Shown: positions 48,507-61,401 of the stretch, one piece after another | Position numbering within the stretch: the stretch's first letter is position 1 | How the letters are laid out: every line of letters begins with the position of its first letter | Assembly (NCBI GenBank): GCA_034113365.1 | Contig: JAXEXP010000174.1 | Span: 1-62,022, forward strand | DNA: 62,022 bases | Origin: Candidatus Spyradocola sp. | Lineage (GTDB): Bacteria; Bacillota; Clostridia; Christensenellales; UBA1750 | Direction: 5' to 3' | Position numbers and translations under genes: made by a program | Notes under the pieces: generated by a model | Database searches by the model: none | What the model saw: the letters and a program-made list of their open reading frames with translations, nothing else | Told to the model about the DNA's origin: nothing

Positions 48507-48953
48507 ATGACGATTGCAAGGCTGTTGTTTGACCTGATCGTCGCGGGCATCGCGACGGCGGGCTTTGGGCTGCTGTTCCGCACGGAAGGGAAGTCGCTGC
48601 TGCCCTGCGCGGTCATCGGCGGCGTGGGCTACATCGTGTACGACTGGATGGCGATGGAACTGGGCTCCGCGCCGGTGGCGGCGTTCATCTCCTGCCTGCT
48701 GGTGGGGCTGGTGGCGGAGGCCGCGGCGCGCATCCTCAAGGGCCCCACGATCGTGTTTGCCACGATGGGCATCATCCCCATGGTGCCCGGCTACGGCATG
48801 TACCGCACGATGGAAGCCGTGGTGCAGGCCGACTATGAGCGGGCGATCTCGGTGGGCATCGAGACCATCATGGTGGCGGGGGCCATCGCGCTGAGCCTGG
48901 GATTTGCCACGGTCATCGCGCGCAGGCTCATCAGCAGGCGCCGCGCGCGGTAG
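48507..48953 (+). CDS. Threonine/serine exporter small subunit (ThrE_2)
   Basis: GF..LF, GIIPMVPG..MY; paired with the upstream gene. Confidence 0.88.
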   Translation: MTIARLLFDLIVAGIATAGFGLLFRTEGKSLLPCAVIGGVGYIVYDWMAMELGSAPVAAFISCLLVGLVAEAAARILKGPTIVFATMGIIPMVPGYGMYRTMEAVVQADYERAISVGIETIMVAGAIALSLGFATVIARRLISRRRAR

Positions 48954-48960
48954 ATCACAT

Positions 48961-49008
48961 AAAAAAGCTCCGAAGAAGCGATTTTTTCCGCTTCTTCGGA
49001 GCTTTTTT
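48961..49008. terminator. Bidirectional terminator
   Basis: AAAAAAGCTCCGAAGAAGCG..CGCTTCTTCGGAGCTTTTTT. Confidence 0.85.
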
Positions 49009-49010
49009 GC

Positions 49011-49208
49011 TCAGTCGTCCGCACTGTCGGGCTTGCGCATGCGGGGGATGCCCATGCCGTGCATGTCCTGCAGGCTGCGGTACTCGGCGTCGTCCTTCGG
49101 CGGCGCGGGGAACAGGCCCGTGCATTCCGTCGCCGAGACCGTCGAGGTGCGGTCGGGGTAGTCGCCCGGCTCCGTCATGGGGTCGGGATCGGGCTTTTTG
49201 GGCGTCAT
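49011..49208 (-). CDS. Small hypothetical protein (..SATECTGL.P.PP..), 65 aa
   Basis: Strong AAAGGAGGTG RBS, typical codon usage, followed by a terminator. Confidence 0.65.
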   Translation of the reverse strand: MTPKKPDPDPMTEPGDYPDRTSTVSATECTGLFPAPPKDDAEYRSLQDMHGMGIPRMRKPDSADD

Positions 49209-49259
49209 GGGATGAACCACCTCCTTTTACGGAGGTTAGTGTTTCAAGCGCGCGGCGTT

Positions 49260-50420
49260 TTATTCGATCACGCGGTCGAACAGCTCGGGGCGCAGCAGGC
49301 CGCCGTTGCCGGTGACGAGGCTCTGCACGCGCGCAAAGCCGGGCGCTTCGCCGTGCCTGGCCTGCCACGCGGCGGCAAGGCCCGCAGCCTCGCCCGTGAC
49401 GGCGCAGGAGGGGATGACGCGCGTCAGATCCCAGCCGCTCTTGTCCGCGCAGCAGCAGCGGCCCGCGGCGTAGAGGTTGTTCAGGTGCTCCGCCTTGATG
49501 GCGCGGTAGGGGATGGAGTAGCGGTGGCCGGGCTGCTTCCAGTTGCCGATCATGCCGATGGCGTCGCGGAACCACGCAAAGTCGTGCGCGTCCTCGGAAA
49601 AGTGCGTGCCCGTCTCCAGCCGCCGCGTCATGCGCAGCCCGTGGTAGGTGGGGATGAGCAGCGGATAGGTCTCTGCATTGCCCTGCGCGCGAAGGTTTTC
49701 GACGTGGGAGACGATCATGCGGCGCATGTCCTGCAGGTGCTGGCTGATCTGCTCGGGGTCGGTGCCTGAGTAGAGGCGGCTGCCCTCGGGGATGGCGTCG
49801 TAGATGGGGTCGGACTGCATGTGCAGCTGCAGCTTGCTTCCGTCAAAGCTGTAATACCAGCCCGTGCGGCGGTTGGTGTCGTCGTCCACGGTGGTCTCGC
49901 CCGCAAAGTAACACAGATCGGCGTCGCCCGTGCAGTCGACGAACGCGCGCGCGGTCAGCGCCATGCGGCCGCGCTTGGTCTCGATGTATGCGGTTTCCAC
50001 CTTGTCGCCCTGCGTCTCCACGCCCGACAGGCGCACGTCGTAGAGCAGGTGCACGCCCGCTTCCTGCAGCAGGCGCTCGGCGGCGATCATCATGGAGGCG
50101 GCGTTGTAGCGCACCTCGTAGCGCGTGCCCTTGCGCTGCCCGGCGGTGGCGGTCTCGTCCGCCCAGACGTCGGGCACCTTGCCCGGGCCCAGGCTCAGCG
50201 CGCACTTTGCCAGCTCCTCGGAGATGGAGGCCGACATCTTTTCGCCCAAACCGTCGTCGATGGGCAGGTAGACGATGATGAGCCCCAGCGTCGCCAGGCC
50301 GCCCAGCGCGTATTCCTTCTCCAGCAGCAGCGTATCCGCGCCCGCGCGCGCCGCCGCCAGCGCCGCCGCAATGCCCGCGATGCCGCCGCCCGCCACGATG
50401 ACGTCATAATCCGTTTTCAT
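49260..50420 (-). CDS. FAD-dependent oxidoreductase
   Basis: YDVIVAGGGIAG.AAA.AAAR.G...LL.E....LGG.AT, VDCTGDAD, Y.IPY......NL..AGRC, TGEAAG. Confidence 0.9.
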   Translation of the reverse strand: MKTDYDVIVAGGGIAGIAAALAAARAGADTLLLEKEYALGGLATLGLIIVYLPIDDGLGEKMSASISEELAKCALSLGPGKVPDVWADETATAGQRKGTRYEVRYNAASMMIAAERLLQEAGVHLLYDVRLSGVETQGDKVETAYIETKRGRMALTARAFVDCTGDADLCYFAGETTVDDDTNRRTGWYYSFDGSKLQLHMQSDPIYDAIPEGSRLYSGTDPEQISQHLQDMRRMIVSHVENLRAQGNAETYPLLIPTYHGLRMTRRLETGTHFSEDAHDFAWFRDAIGMIGNWKQPGHRYSIPYRAIKAEHLNNLYAAGRCCCADKSGWDLTRVIPSCAVTGEAAGLAAAWQARHGEAPGFARVQSLVTGNGGLLRPELFDRVIE

Positions 50421-50648
50421 GCTCCGAACCTCCCCCTGCATCGGTACGGCGAAATACGCCGCTTTCTTTCTATATTGTAGCGCAGATGGTGGGAAAGTAC
50501 AATGCCTTTGATTAGGCGAACGCGGGATTAAGAATCGCGAAAAAGAGTGACCGAAGCCGGGAGTCGTGGTATAATAGATGGTACGATTAAGCGAACAGAC
50601 GATGCGTCCCGGCCGGAAGGGCGGAGCGTGAAAGGGGGAGGAGCCGGC

Positions 50649-52661
50649 ATGCCGGAGTTTAAGATCCATTCTCAGCACAGGCCCACGGGCGACCAGCCGC
50701 AGGCCATTGACAAGCTCGTGGAGGGCATCGAGGACGGGCTGCGCACGCAGGTGCTGCTGGGCGTGACCGGCTCGGGCAAGACCTTTACGATGGCCAACGT
50801 CATCGAGCGCGTGCAGCGGCCGACGCTGGTGCTGGCGCACAACAAGACGCTGGCGGCGCAGCTGTGCTCGGAGTTCAAGGAGCTGTTTCCCGAGAACGCG
50901 GTGGAGTACTTTGTGTCCTACTACGACTACTACCAGCCCGAGGCGTACATCGCCACGACGGACACCTACATCGAGAAGGACTCCTCCATCAACGACGAGA
51001 TCGACCGGCTGCGCCACAGCGCGACGGCGGCGCTGGCCGAGCGGCGGGACGTGATCATCGTCTCGTCCGTGTCGTGCATCTACTCGATGGGCGACCCGTC
51101 GGAGTACGAGAACATGACGCTGTCGCTGCGCGAGGGCATGGAGAAGGATCGCGACGAGGTGATCCGGCTGCTGGTGGAGAACCAGTACGACCGCAACGAC
51201 ATCGACTTTTCACGCGGCACGTTCCGCGTGCGCGGCGACGTGCTGGAGGTATTTCCCGTGGGGCAGCAGAACAAGGCCATCCGGCTGGAGTTCTTCGGCG
51301 ACGAGATCGAGCGCATCAGCGAGTTTGACCCCACCACGGGCGTGGTGTCGGCGCACTTTAAGCACGTGCTGATCTTTCCGGCGACGCATTACGCGATCTC
51401 GCGCGAGACGATGGACCGGCAGATCGACGTCATCGAGCAGGACCTGCAGAAGCAGCTGCAGAAGTTTCGCGACGAGGACAAGCTGCTGGAGGCGCAGCGG
51501 CTGGAGCAGCGCACCAATTACGACATCGAGATGCTGCGGGAGATCGGGTTCTGCACGGGCATCGAGAACTATTCGCGCTACTTTGACGGCAGACAGCCCG
51601 GGCAGGCGCCGTTCACGCTGCTGGACTACTTCCCGAAGGACTTTCTGCTGATGGTGGACGAGTCGCACGTGACCATCCCGCAGGTGCGGGCGATGTATGC
51701 GGGCGACTATGCGCGCAAGAAGAGCCTGGTGGAGTACGGCTTCCGGCTGCCCAGCGCGTTCGACAACCGGCCGCTGAAGTTTGAGGAGTTCGACGAGCGC
51801 GTCGGGCAGAGGATATTCGTCTCCGCGACGCCGGGGCCGTATGAGATGGCGACCGCCGGGCAGGTGGTGGAGCAGATCATCCGCCCCACGGGGCTGATCG
51901 ACCCGGAGATCGTGCTGGTGCCCGCCGAGGGGCAGGTGGACGATCTGGTGGGGCGCATCCGCGAGGTGACGGCGCGCGAGGGACGCGTGCTGGTGACCAC
52001 GCTGACCAAGCGCATGGCCGAGAGCCTGACGGACTACTTAAAGGAGCTGAACATCAAGGTCAACTACCTGCACTCCGACGTCGAGACGCTGGAGCGCACG
52101 CAGATCATCCGCGATCTGCGTCTGGGTAAGTTTGACGTGCTGATCGGCATCAACCTGCTGCGCGAGGGCCTCGACCTGCCCGAGGTGGAGATGGTGGCCA
52201 TCATGGACGCCGACAAGGAGGGCTTCCTGCGCAGCGAGACGTCGCTGATCCAGACCATCGGCCGCGCGGCGCGAAACGTGGACGGCAAGGTCATCATGTA
52301 CGCGGACACGGTGACGGACTCCATGCGCGCGGCGATCGATGAGACCAACCGCAGGCGGCAGATCCAGATGGCCTACAACGAGGAGCACGGCATCGTGCCG
52401 CAGACGGTGCGCAAGGCGGTGGCCGATCTGCTCGTCGTCTCCCGCACGCCCGACGGCGAGGGCGAGAACGTGATGAGCGACGAGGAGAAGCGGCTGGCGA
52501 TCCAGCACCTGGAGGAAAAGATGCTGGAATGCGCGGGGCGGCTGGACTTTGAGGAGGCGGCGAAGTACCGCGACAAGATCCTGGCGCTCAAGGGCGAAAA
52601 GGTGGACGTGGACAAAACGCCCGCAGGACGCCGGCCGACCCGCAAGCGCAGGAGAAAGTGA
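50649..52661 (+). CDS. uvrB: Excinuclease ABC subunit B
   Basis: [48 protein letters not shown]-terminal UVR domain. Confidence 0.98.
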   Translation: MPEFKIHSQHRPTGDQPQAIDKLVEGIEDGLRTQVLLGVTGSGKTFTMANVIERVQRPTLVLAHNKTLAAQLCSEFKELFPENAVEYFVSYYDYYQPEAYIATTDTYIEKDSSINDEIDRLRHSATAALAERRDVIIVSSVSCIYSMGDPSEYENMTLSLREGMEKDRDEVIRLLVENQYDRNDIDFSRGTFRVRGDVLEVFPVGQQNKAIRLEFFGDEIERISEFDPTTGVVSAHFKHVLIFPATHYAISRETMDRQIDVIEQDLQKQLQKFRDEDKLLEAQRLEQRTNYDIEMLREIGFCTGIENYSRYFDGRQPGQAPFTLLDYFPKDFLLMVDESHVTIPQVRAMYAGDYARKKSLVEYGFRLPSAFDNRPLKFEEFDERVGQRIFVSATPGPYEMATAGQVVEQIIRPTGLIDPEIVLVPAEGQVDDLVGRIREVTAREGRVLVTTLTKRMAESLTDYLKELNIKVNYLHSDVETLERTQIIRDLRLGKFDVLIGINLLREGLDLPEVEMVAIMDADKEGFLRSETSLIQTIGRAARNVDGKVIMYADTVTDSMRAAIDETNRRRQIQMAYNEEHGIVPQTVRKAVADLLVVSRTPDGEGENVMSDEEKRLAIQHLEEKMLECAGRLDFEEAAKYRDKILALKGEKVDVDKTPAGRRPTRKRRRK

Positions 52662-52670
52662 TGCAGGCTT

Positions 52671-52824
52671 CAGAGTACTGAGAGATTTCTCGCTGCGCTC
52701 GAAATGAACGCGCCCCGCCGGCTGCGGATGAAGAAGAAGCATCGAGCGGGCGCGTTGTGCGGGCAGGTGCTGCGGAGCGGGCGGAGGGATTTCGAGCGAA
52801 GTCGAGAAATCTCTCAGTACTCTG
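52671..52824. repeat. Long inverted repeat (about 35-bp arms) upstream of the GIY-YIG-like gene
   Basis: CAGAGTACTGAGAGATTTCTCGCTGCGCTCGAAAT (52671-52705) versus ATTTCGAGCGAAGTCGAGAAATCTCTCAGTACTCTG (52789-52824); outer 22 bp perfectly inverted. Confidence 0.85.
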
Positions 52825-52840
52825 TGGGGAGGGGAAAGCA

Positions 52841-53128
52841 GTGAGCCACTTTTTAGTGCTGTCCAACCGGAATGACACCGTCCTGCACGGCGTCGTCTGC
52901 GACGTGATCCATGGCTTCAAGCCGCTGGAGGCGGATGCGTTTTCGGCAAAATACAACCTGACCAAGTGCGTCTACCATGAATCGTTTGATGAGAGAGAAC
53001 AGGCAGAAGCGCGCCTGAGACAATTCTCCAAATGGTCACGCAGCAAAAAGGAGGCGCTGGTCGGCGCATCCAACCCCGCAAGGCGCGATTTGACCGCAAA
53101 GGTATACAGACACGAGGAACATCTTTAG
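52841..53128 (+). CDS. Degenerate small GIY-YIG nuclease-like protein (probably catalytically dead or decaying)
   Basis: F..KYN..K.VY.E.F.....A..R..Q...WSR.KK.AL....NP..RDL matches small standalone GIY-YIG proteins, but the N-terminal Tyr/Arg residues and the conserved Glu appear substituted. Confidence 0.6.
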   Translation: MSHFLVLSNRNDTVLHGVVCDVIHGFKPLEADAFSAKYNLTKCVYHESFDEREQAEARLRQFSKWSRSKKEALVGASNPARRDLTAKVYRHEEHL

Positions 53129-53142
53129 GAGGAAATACCCCC

Positions 53143-55962
<2,820 letters not shown>

Positions 55963-55976
55963 TACTCTATAATAGG

Positions 55977-56005
55977 AAAAGAGAGGTGGATTCCGCCTCT
56001 CTTTT
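55977..56005 (+). terminator. Intrinsic terminator after uvrA
   Basis: AAAAGAGAGGTGG-AT-TCCGCCTCTCTTTT. Confidence 0.75.
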
Positions 56006-56101
56006 GTTTTGTTCCGTCAGACGGGATTCTGAGACGTGTCGGTTGATTTAGCGGGGGAAACCGTGTAGAATGGTTCTATACATATAATACCATTTGGAGG
56101 G

Positions 56102-57124
56102 ATGAGCGACATGATCAGTTTCCGATGCGATTATGAGGAGGGCGCATGCCCGGAGGTGCTGGACGCGCTGGTGCGCACCAACCGCGTCAAGACGCCCGGG
56201 TATGGATATGATGAATACACGCTTGCAGCGGTCGAGGCCATTCGGGAAAAGGCGGCCTGCCCTAGCGCGGAGGTGTTTTTCGTGATGGGCGGCACGCCCG
56301 CCAACGCGATGGTGATCGCGCACGCGCTGCGGCCGTACGAGGCGGCGATCTCGGCGGACTCGGGGCACATCAACGGCCACGAGACGGGCGCGGTGGAGGC
56401 CACGGGCCACAAGATCCTGACGCGGCCCCATGTGGACGGCAAGCTGACGCCCGTCGCGGTGCGGCAGGTCATAGACGAGTACGCGGACGAGCACGTCGTC
56501 AAGCCCGCGCTGGTGTACGTCTCCCAGCCGACGGAGCTGGGCACGCTGTACACACTTGAGGAGCTCACGGCGCTGCGGGCGGTGTGCGATGAGAACGGGC
56601 TGCTGCTCTACTGCGACGGCGCGCGGCTGGCCTCGGCGCTGACGGCGCGGGGCAACGACGTGGGGCTGCCCGAGCTGGCGCGGCTGTGCGACGCGTTCTA
56701 CATCGGCGGCAGCAAGTGCGGCGCGCTGTTCGGCGAGGCGGTGGTGTTCCCCAACGCCGCGCTGGGCAGGAATTTCGCGTACACGCGCAAGCAGCGCGGC
56801 AATCTGCTGGCCAAGGGACGCCTGCTGGGCGTGCAGTTCGGCGCGCTGATGCAGGACGGCGTGTATGAAAAGTACGGCGCGCATCAGAACGCGATGGCGG
56901 ACAAGCTGCGCGCGGGGTTTGCGGCAAAGGGCTACCCCATGCTGGCGCAGACCGTCACCAACCAGCTGTTCCCCGTGCTGGAAAACGCGCAGATCGAGCG
57001 TTTGTCGACGGATTTCGCGTTCCACACCTGGGGCAAGGTGGATGAGAACCACACCGCGATCCGCTTGGTGACCAGCTGGGCGACGGAGGAGCGCGACGTG
57101 GACGCGCTGCTGGAAAGCCTGTAA
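56102..57124 (+). CDS. Low-specificity L-threonine aldolase (beta-eliminating lyase family)
   Basis: F.CDY.EG, GYG.D, GGT.AN, HI..HETGA, PTE.GT.Y, DGARL, GGSKCG, RLVTSW. Confidence 0.9.
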   Translation: MSDMISFRCDYEEGACPEVLDALVRTNRVKTPGYGYDEYTLAAVEAIREKAACPSAEVFFVMGGTPANAMVIAHALRPYEAAISADSGHINGHETGAVEATGHKILTRPHVDGKLTPVAVRQVIDEYADEHVVKPALVYVSQPTELGTLYTLEELTALRAVCDENGLLLYCDGARLASALTARGNDVGLPELARLCDAFYIGGSKCGALFGEAVVFPNAALGRNFAYTRKQRGNLLAKGRLLGVQFGALMQDGVYEKYGAHQNAMADKLRAGFAAKGYPMLAQTVTNQLFPVLENAQIERLSTDFAFHTWGKVDENHTAIRLVTSWATEERDVDALLESL

Positions 57125-57170
57125 GTTTATGCAAAGCGAGTAAAAATATACAGAATCGGGAGGGACAGAC

Positions 57171-59261
57171 ATGGCCGTACTGGACGTGACGGGCAACCGC
57201 CTCTACTGGCAGCAGGACACGGAAAAGATACTCGTCGAGCCGTGGGGCAGGGACTCCCTGCGCGTGCGCATCACGCGCAATGGAGAGTTTGACGGCAAGG
57301 ACTGGGCGCTGGACGAGCCGCACGAGGAGACGCAGGCGCACGCGGAGATCTTCGAGACGGCGCCGCCCAACTTTGCGCAGGACGCGGCGCGGCTGGGGCA
57401 GGGCGAGTACCAGTTCAACGAAAAGCCCGAGAAAAAGCCCAACGCGATGCGCATCACCAACGGCAACATCACCGCGGAGATCGACCGGCACGGGTACATC
57501 CGCTTCCTCAACGGCCGCGGCGAGGAGCTGCTGCGCGAGTACGTGCGCGACCGGTCGGATCTTTCGGAGTTCTGCGTGCCACTGTCGCGCAAGGCGCGGC
57601 TGCTCACGCCCATCCCCGGCTGCTCGGACTGGACGGCGGTGATGAGCTTTGAGGCGCGTCAGGGCGAGCGATTCTACGGGCTGGGGCAGTATCAGGAGGA
57701 CTATCTGAACCTCAAGGGCTGCCAGCTGGAGCTTGCGCAGCGCAATTCGCAGGCCAGCGTGCCCTTCCTGCTGTCCTCGCTGGGGTACGGGTTCCTGTGG
57801 AACAACCCGGCGGTGGGACAGGTGACGCTGGGCGAGAACGTGACCGAGTGGACGGCGGAGCGCACGCGGCAGATCGACTACTGGATCACCGCGGCAGACA
57901 CGCCTGCGCAGATCCTGGAGAACTACACCGCCGTGACGGGGCGCGTGCCCATGATGCGGCGCGACCTGATGGGCTTTTGGCAGTGCAAGCTGCGCTACCA
58001 GACGCAGGACGAGGTGCTGCGCGTGGTGCGCGAGCACAAAAAGCGCGGCCTGCCGCTGGACGTGATCGTGATCGACTTCTTCCACTGGACGGCGCAGGGC
58101 GACTGGCAGTTCGATCCGCGCGACTTCCCCGACCCCGACGCGATGATCCGCGAGCTCAACGAGCTGGGCGTCAATCTGATGGTGTCGGTGTGGCCGACGG
58201 TGGATCAGCGCACCGACAACTACAAAAAGATGAGCGAGCGCGGGTATCTGATGCACATGGACCGCGGCCTGCCCATCCACGGCACCTGGATGGGGCCGTG
58301 CACCTATTATGACGCCATCAACCCCGGCGCGCAGAAGTACGTCTGGGAGCAGGTCAAGCAGCACTACTACGACAAGGGCGTCAAGCTCTTCTGGCTGGAC
58401 GAGGCCGAGCCGGAGATCGACGCGTACGACGCGGACAACTACCGCTACTACGACGGCCCCGCGCTGCTGTGCGCCAACGAGTATCCCCGTTGCTACATCA
58501 AGGGCTTCTACGACGGCATGACCGCGCAGGGCGACGAGGGCGTCTGCCACCTGATCCGCTGCGCCTGGGCGGGCTCGCAGAAGTACGGCGCGCTGCTGTG
58601 GTCGGGCGACGTGGAGTCCACGTTTACCGCGATGCGCAAGCAGCTGTCGGCGGGTCTGAACGCGGGCATGGCGGGCATCGCGTGGTGGACGTGCGACATC
58701 GGCGGGTTCCTCGGCGGATTCACCGCGCACGAGGACTTCCGCGAGCTGCTGGTGCGCTGGTTCCAGTGGGGCGCGTTCCTGCCTGTGATGCGCCTGCACG
58801 GCGACCGCCTGCCCTACACCGAGCCGCCGGTCAAATTCTACGGCCAGGTGGAGCGGTTCGGCACGGGCGCGGGCAACGAGGTCTGGTCGTTCGGCGAGGA
58901 AAACTACGAGATTCTCAAGAAATACATACTCATCCGCGAAAGCCTCAAGCCCTACATCGAGACCGTGATGCGTCAGGCGCACGAGCACGGCACGCCCGTG
59001 ATGCGCGCGCTGTTCTTCCAGTACCCGACCGATCCCGAGGCGGCCAACTACGAGGACGAGTACCTGTTCGGTCCCGATCTGCTGGTCGCGCCGGTGTTCG
59101 AGGCGGGAGCGACGAAGCGCAGCGTGTACCTGCCCGCGGGCGACGACTGGCGCGAGGTGCACACGGGCGCGATCCACGCGGGCGGACAGACTGTCGTGGC
59201 GGACGCGCCCATCGACGTGATCCCGCTGTTCGTGCGCGTGGGCGCAGACCTGCCGCTGTGA
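57171..59261 (+). CDS. Glycoside hydrolase family 31 (alpha-xylosidase-like)
   Basis: GFWQCKLRY, IDFFHW, FWLDEAEP, WSGD, DIGGF, MRLHG. Confidence 0.92.
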   Translation: MAVLDVTGNRLYWQQDTEKILVEPWGRDSLRVRITRNGEFDGKDWALDEPHEETQAHAEIFETAPPNFAQDAARLGQGEYQFNEKPEKKPNAMRITNGNITAEIDRHGYIRFLNGRGEELLREYVRDRSDLSEFCVPLSRKARLLTPIPGCSDWTAVMSFEARQGERFYGLGQYQEDYLNLKGCQLELAQRNSQASVPFLLSSLGYGFLWNNPAVGQVTLGENVTEWTAERTRQIDYWITAADTPAQILENYTAVTGRVPMMRRDLMGFWQCKLRYQTQDEVLRVVREHKKRGLPLDVIVIDFFHWTAQGDWQFDPRDFPDPDAMIRELNELGVNLMVSVWPTVDQRTDNYKKMSERGYLMHMDRGLPIHGTWMGPCTYYDAINPGAQKYVWEQVKQHYYDKGVKLFWLDEAEPEIDAYDADNYRYYDGPALLCANEYPRCYIKGFYDGMTAQGDEGVCHLIRCAWAGSQKYGALLWSGDVESTFTAMRKQLSAGLNAGMAGIAWWTCDIGGFLGGFTAHEDFRELLVRWFQWGAFLPVMRLHGDRLPYTEPPVKFYGQVERFGTGAGNEVWSFGEENYEILKKYILIRESLKPYIETVMRQAHEHGTPVMRALFFQYPTDPEAANYEDEYLFGPDLLVAPVFEAGATKRSVYLPAGDDWREVHTGAIHAGGQTVVADAPIDVIPLFVRVGADLPL

Positions 59262-59279
59262 GGAAGGAGTGTAGCAAAT

Positions 59280-61388
59280 ATGGCCATTTTCCGGCTTGAA
59301 AACAATCAGCTCTACTGGCAGCGGGGCGAGGAAAAGCTGCTGATCCAGCCGTGGGGCAACAACGGCCTGCGCGTGCGCGTCACCCGCGCGGCGCAGCTGG
59401 AGCTTAGCGAAAACTGGGCGCTGCTGCCTGCAGGCGAGCACACCGCGCAGATGGCGATGGTGAAGACCGCGCCCAAAAACCACAAGCAGATGGCTGCCGC
59501 GGGCGGCCCGGGCGAGGACGCGCCCATCGTCCCGGAGGAGAACGCCGCATACATCCGCAACGGAAAGGTCGCGGCGTTCATCGACCGGCACGGCTATCTG
59601 TTCTTCTACAACGAAAAGGGCGAGGAGCTGACGCGCGAGTACGTCCGCAACCGCTCCGACCTGTCGGAGTACTCCGTGCCGCTGGCGATGCAGGGGCGCT
59701 GGCTGCACCCGGGCGTTGGCCGCGACGACTACCGCTGCGCGATGAGCTTTGAGGCCTACGAGGACGAGAAGATCTACGGCATGGGGCAGTATCAGGAGGA
59801 CAGCCTCAACTTAAAGGGTATGAAGTTGGAGCTGGTGCAGCGCAATTCGCAGATCAGCTGCCCGTTCATGGTGTCCTCGCGCGGGTACGGCCTGCTGTGG
59901 AACAACCCGGCGGTGGGGCAGGTGACCTTCGCGCGCAACGTGACCAAGTGGGAGGCGCGCTCCACCCGGCAGATCGACTTCTGGATCACCGCGGGCGGCA
60001 CGCCGGACGAGATCGAGCGCAACTACGCCTCGGCGACGGGCACGGTGCCCATGATGCGCGACGACCTGATGGGCTTCTGGCAGTGCAAGCTGCGCTACCG
60101 CACGCAGGAGGAGCTGCTGAGCGTGGTGCGCGAGCACAAGAGACGCGGCCTGCCGATGGACGCCATCGTGGTGGACTTCTTCCACTGGACCAAGCAGGGC
60201 GACTGGAAGTTCGACCCGGTGGACTGGCCCGATCCCGAGGGCATGGTGGACGAGCTGAAAAAATACGGCGTGAACCTCGTGGTCTCGGTCTGGCCGACGG
60301 TGGACGTGCGCAGCGAGAACTTCCGCGAGCTGGCGGAGAACGACTACCTCATCCGCAACGACCGCGGCATCCGCCTGACCAGCCGCTTCATGGGCGACGT
60401 GACGCTGTGGGACGCGATGAACCCCGGCGCGCGCGAGTTCATCTGGCGCGTCTGCAAGAAGAACTACTACGACAAGGGCATCAAGCTGTTCTGGCTGGAC
60501 AGCGCCGAGCCCATCTACAACAACGACCACATCGACAACCTGCGCTACTACACCGGCCCCGCGCTGCAGGTGAGCAATATGTATCCCATGAACTTTGCCC
60601 GCGCCTTCTACGAAGGCCTTGCAGCCGAGGGCGAACAGGACATCATGTGCCTGATCCGCTGCGGCTGGGCGGGCAGCCAGCGCTACGGCGCGCTGGTGTG
60701 GTCGGGCGACATCCAGAGCAACTTCCGCTCCATGCGCCAGCAGATCACCGCGGGCCTCAACGCCGGCATGGCGGGTCTGCCCTGGTGGACGACGGATATC
60801 GGCGGCTTCCTGTCGGGCTTCCCGGCGCACGACGACTTCCGCGAGGTGCTGGTGCGCTGGTTCGAGTGGGGCTGCTTCCAGCCCGTGATGCGCCTGCACG
60901 GCGACCGCCTGCCCTATCGCAACCCCGAGCCCCTCTACCGCGACGGCGTGGAGCAGTTCGGCTCGGGCGCGGACAACGAGGTCTGGTCGTTCGGCGAGGA
61001 CAACTACGAAATCCTCAAAAAATACCTCCTCCTGCGCGAGTCCCTCAAGCCCTACATCAAGACCCTGATGCGCCAGGCGCACGAGCACGGCACGCCCGTC
61101 ATGCGCCCGCTGTTCTACCACTACCCAGACGACCCCACCGCCTGGGACGTCGACGAAACCTACCTCTTCGGCCGCGACCTCCTCGTCGCCCCCGTCTACA
61201 CCGCCGGCGCGACCACCCGCCGCACCTATCTCCCCGCGGGCGACCGCTGGCGCGAGGTCTCCACCGGCGCCACCTGCGACGGCGGCCAGTGGGTCACCGC
61301 CCACGCCCCGCTGGACGTTATCCCCCTCTTCGTCCGCGACGGCGCGGAAGAACTTGAAAACTATGTTTTTGGCCGTTATTGTGTATAA
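59280..61388 (+). CDS. Glycoside hydrolase family 31 (tandem paralogue)
   Basis: GFWQCKLRY, VDFFHW, FWLDSAEP, WSGD, DIGGF, MRLHG. Confidence 0.92.
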   Translation: MAIFRLENNQLYWQRGEEKLLIQPWGNNGLRVRVTRAAQLELSENWALLPAGEHTAQMAMVKTAPKNHKQMAAAGGPGEDAPIVPEENAAYIRNGKVAAFIDRHGYLFFYNEKGEELTREYVRNRSDLSEYSVPLAMQGRWLHPGVGRDDYRCAMSFEAYEDEKIYGMGQYQEDSLNLKGMKLELVQRNSQISCPFMVSSRGYGLLWNNPAVGQVTFARNVTKWEARSTRQIDFWITAGGTPDEIERNYASATGTVPMMRDDLMGFWQCKLRYRTQEELLSVVREHKRRGLPMDAIVVDFFHWTKQGDWKFDPVDWPDPEGMVDELKKYGVNLVVSVWPTVDVRSENFRELAENDYLIRNDRGIRLTSRFMGDVTLWDAMNPGAREFIWRVCKKNYYDKGIKLFWLDSAEPIYNNDHIDNLRYYTGPALQVSNMYPMNFARAFYEGLAAEGEQDIMCLIRCGWAGSQRYGALVWSGDIQSNFRSMRQQITAGLNAGMAGLPWWTTDIGGFLSGFPAHDDFREVLVRWFEWGCFQPVMRLHGDRLPYRNPEPLYRDGVEQFGSGADNEVWSFGEDNYEILKKYLLLRESLKPYIKTLMRQAHEHGTPVMRPLFYHYPDDPTAWDVDETYLFGRDLLVAPVYTAGATTRRTYLPAGDRWREVSTGATCDGGQWVTAHAPLDVIPLFVRDGAEELENYVFGRYCV

Positions 61389-61401
61389 TGGGAGGAATAT
61401 T

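Noticed and set aside
50500..50648. LexA (SOS) box upstream of uvrB
   Set aside because: No full GAAC-N4-GTTC match; only partial sites were seen.
56955..59708. 917-aa minus-strand ORF
   Set aside because: Antisense shadow of the GH31 genes.
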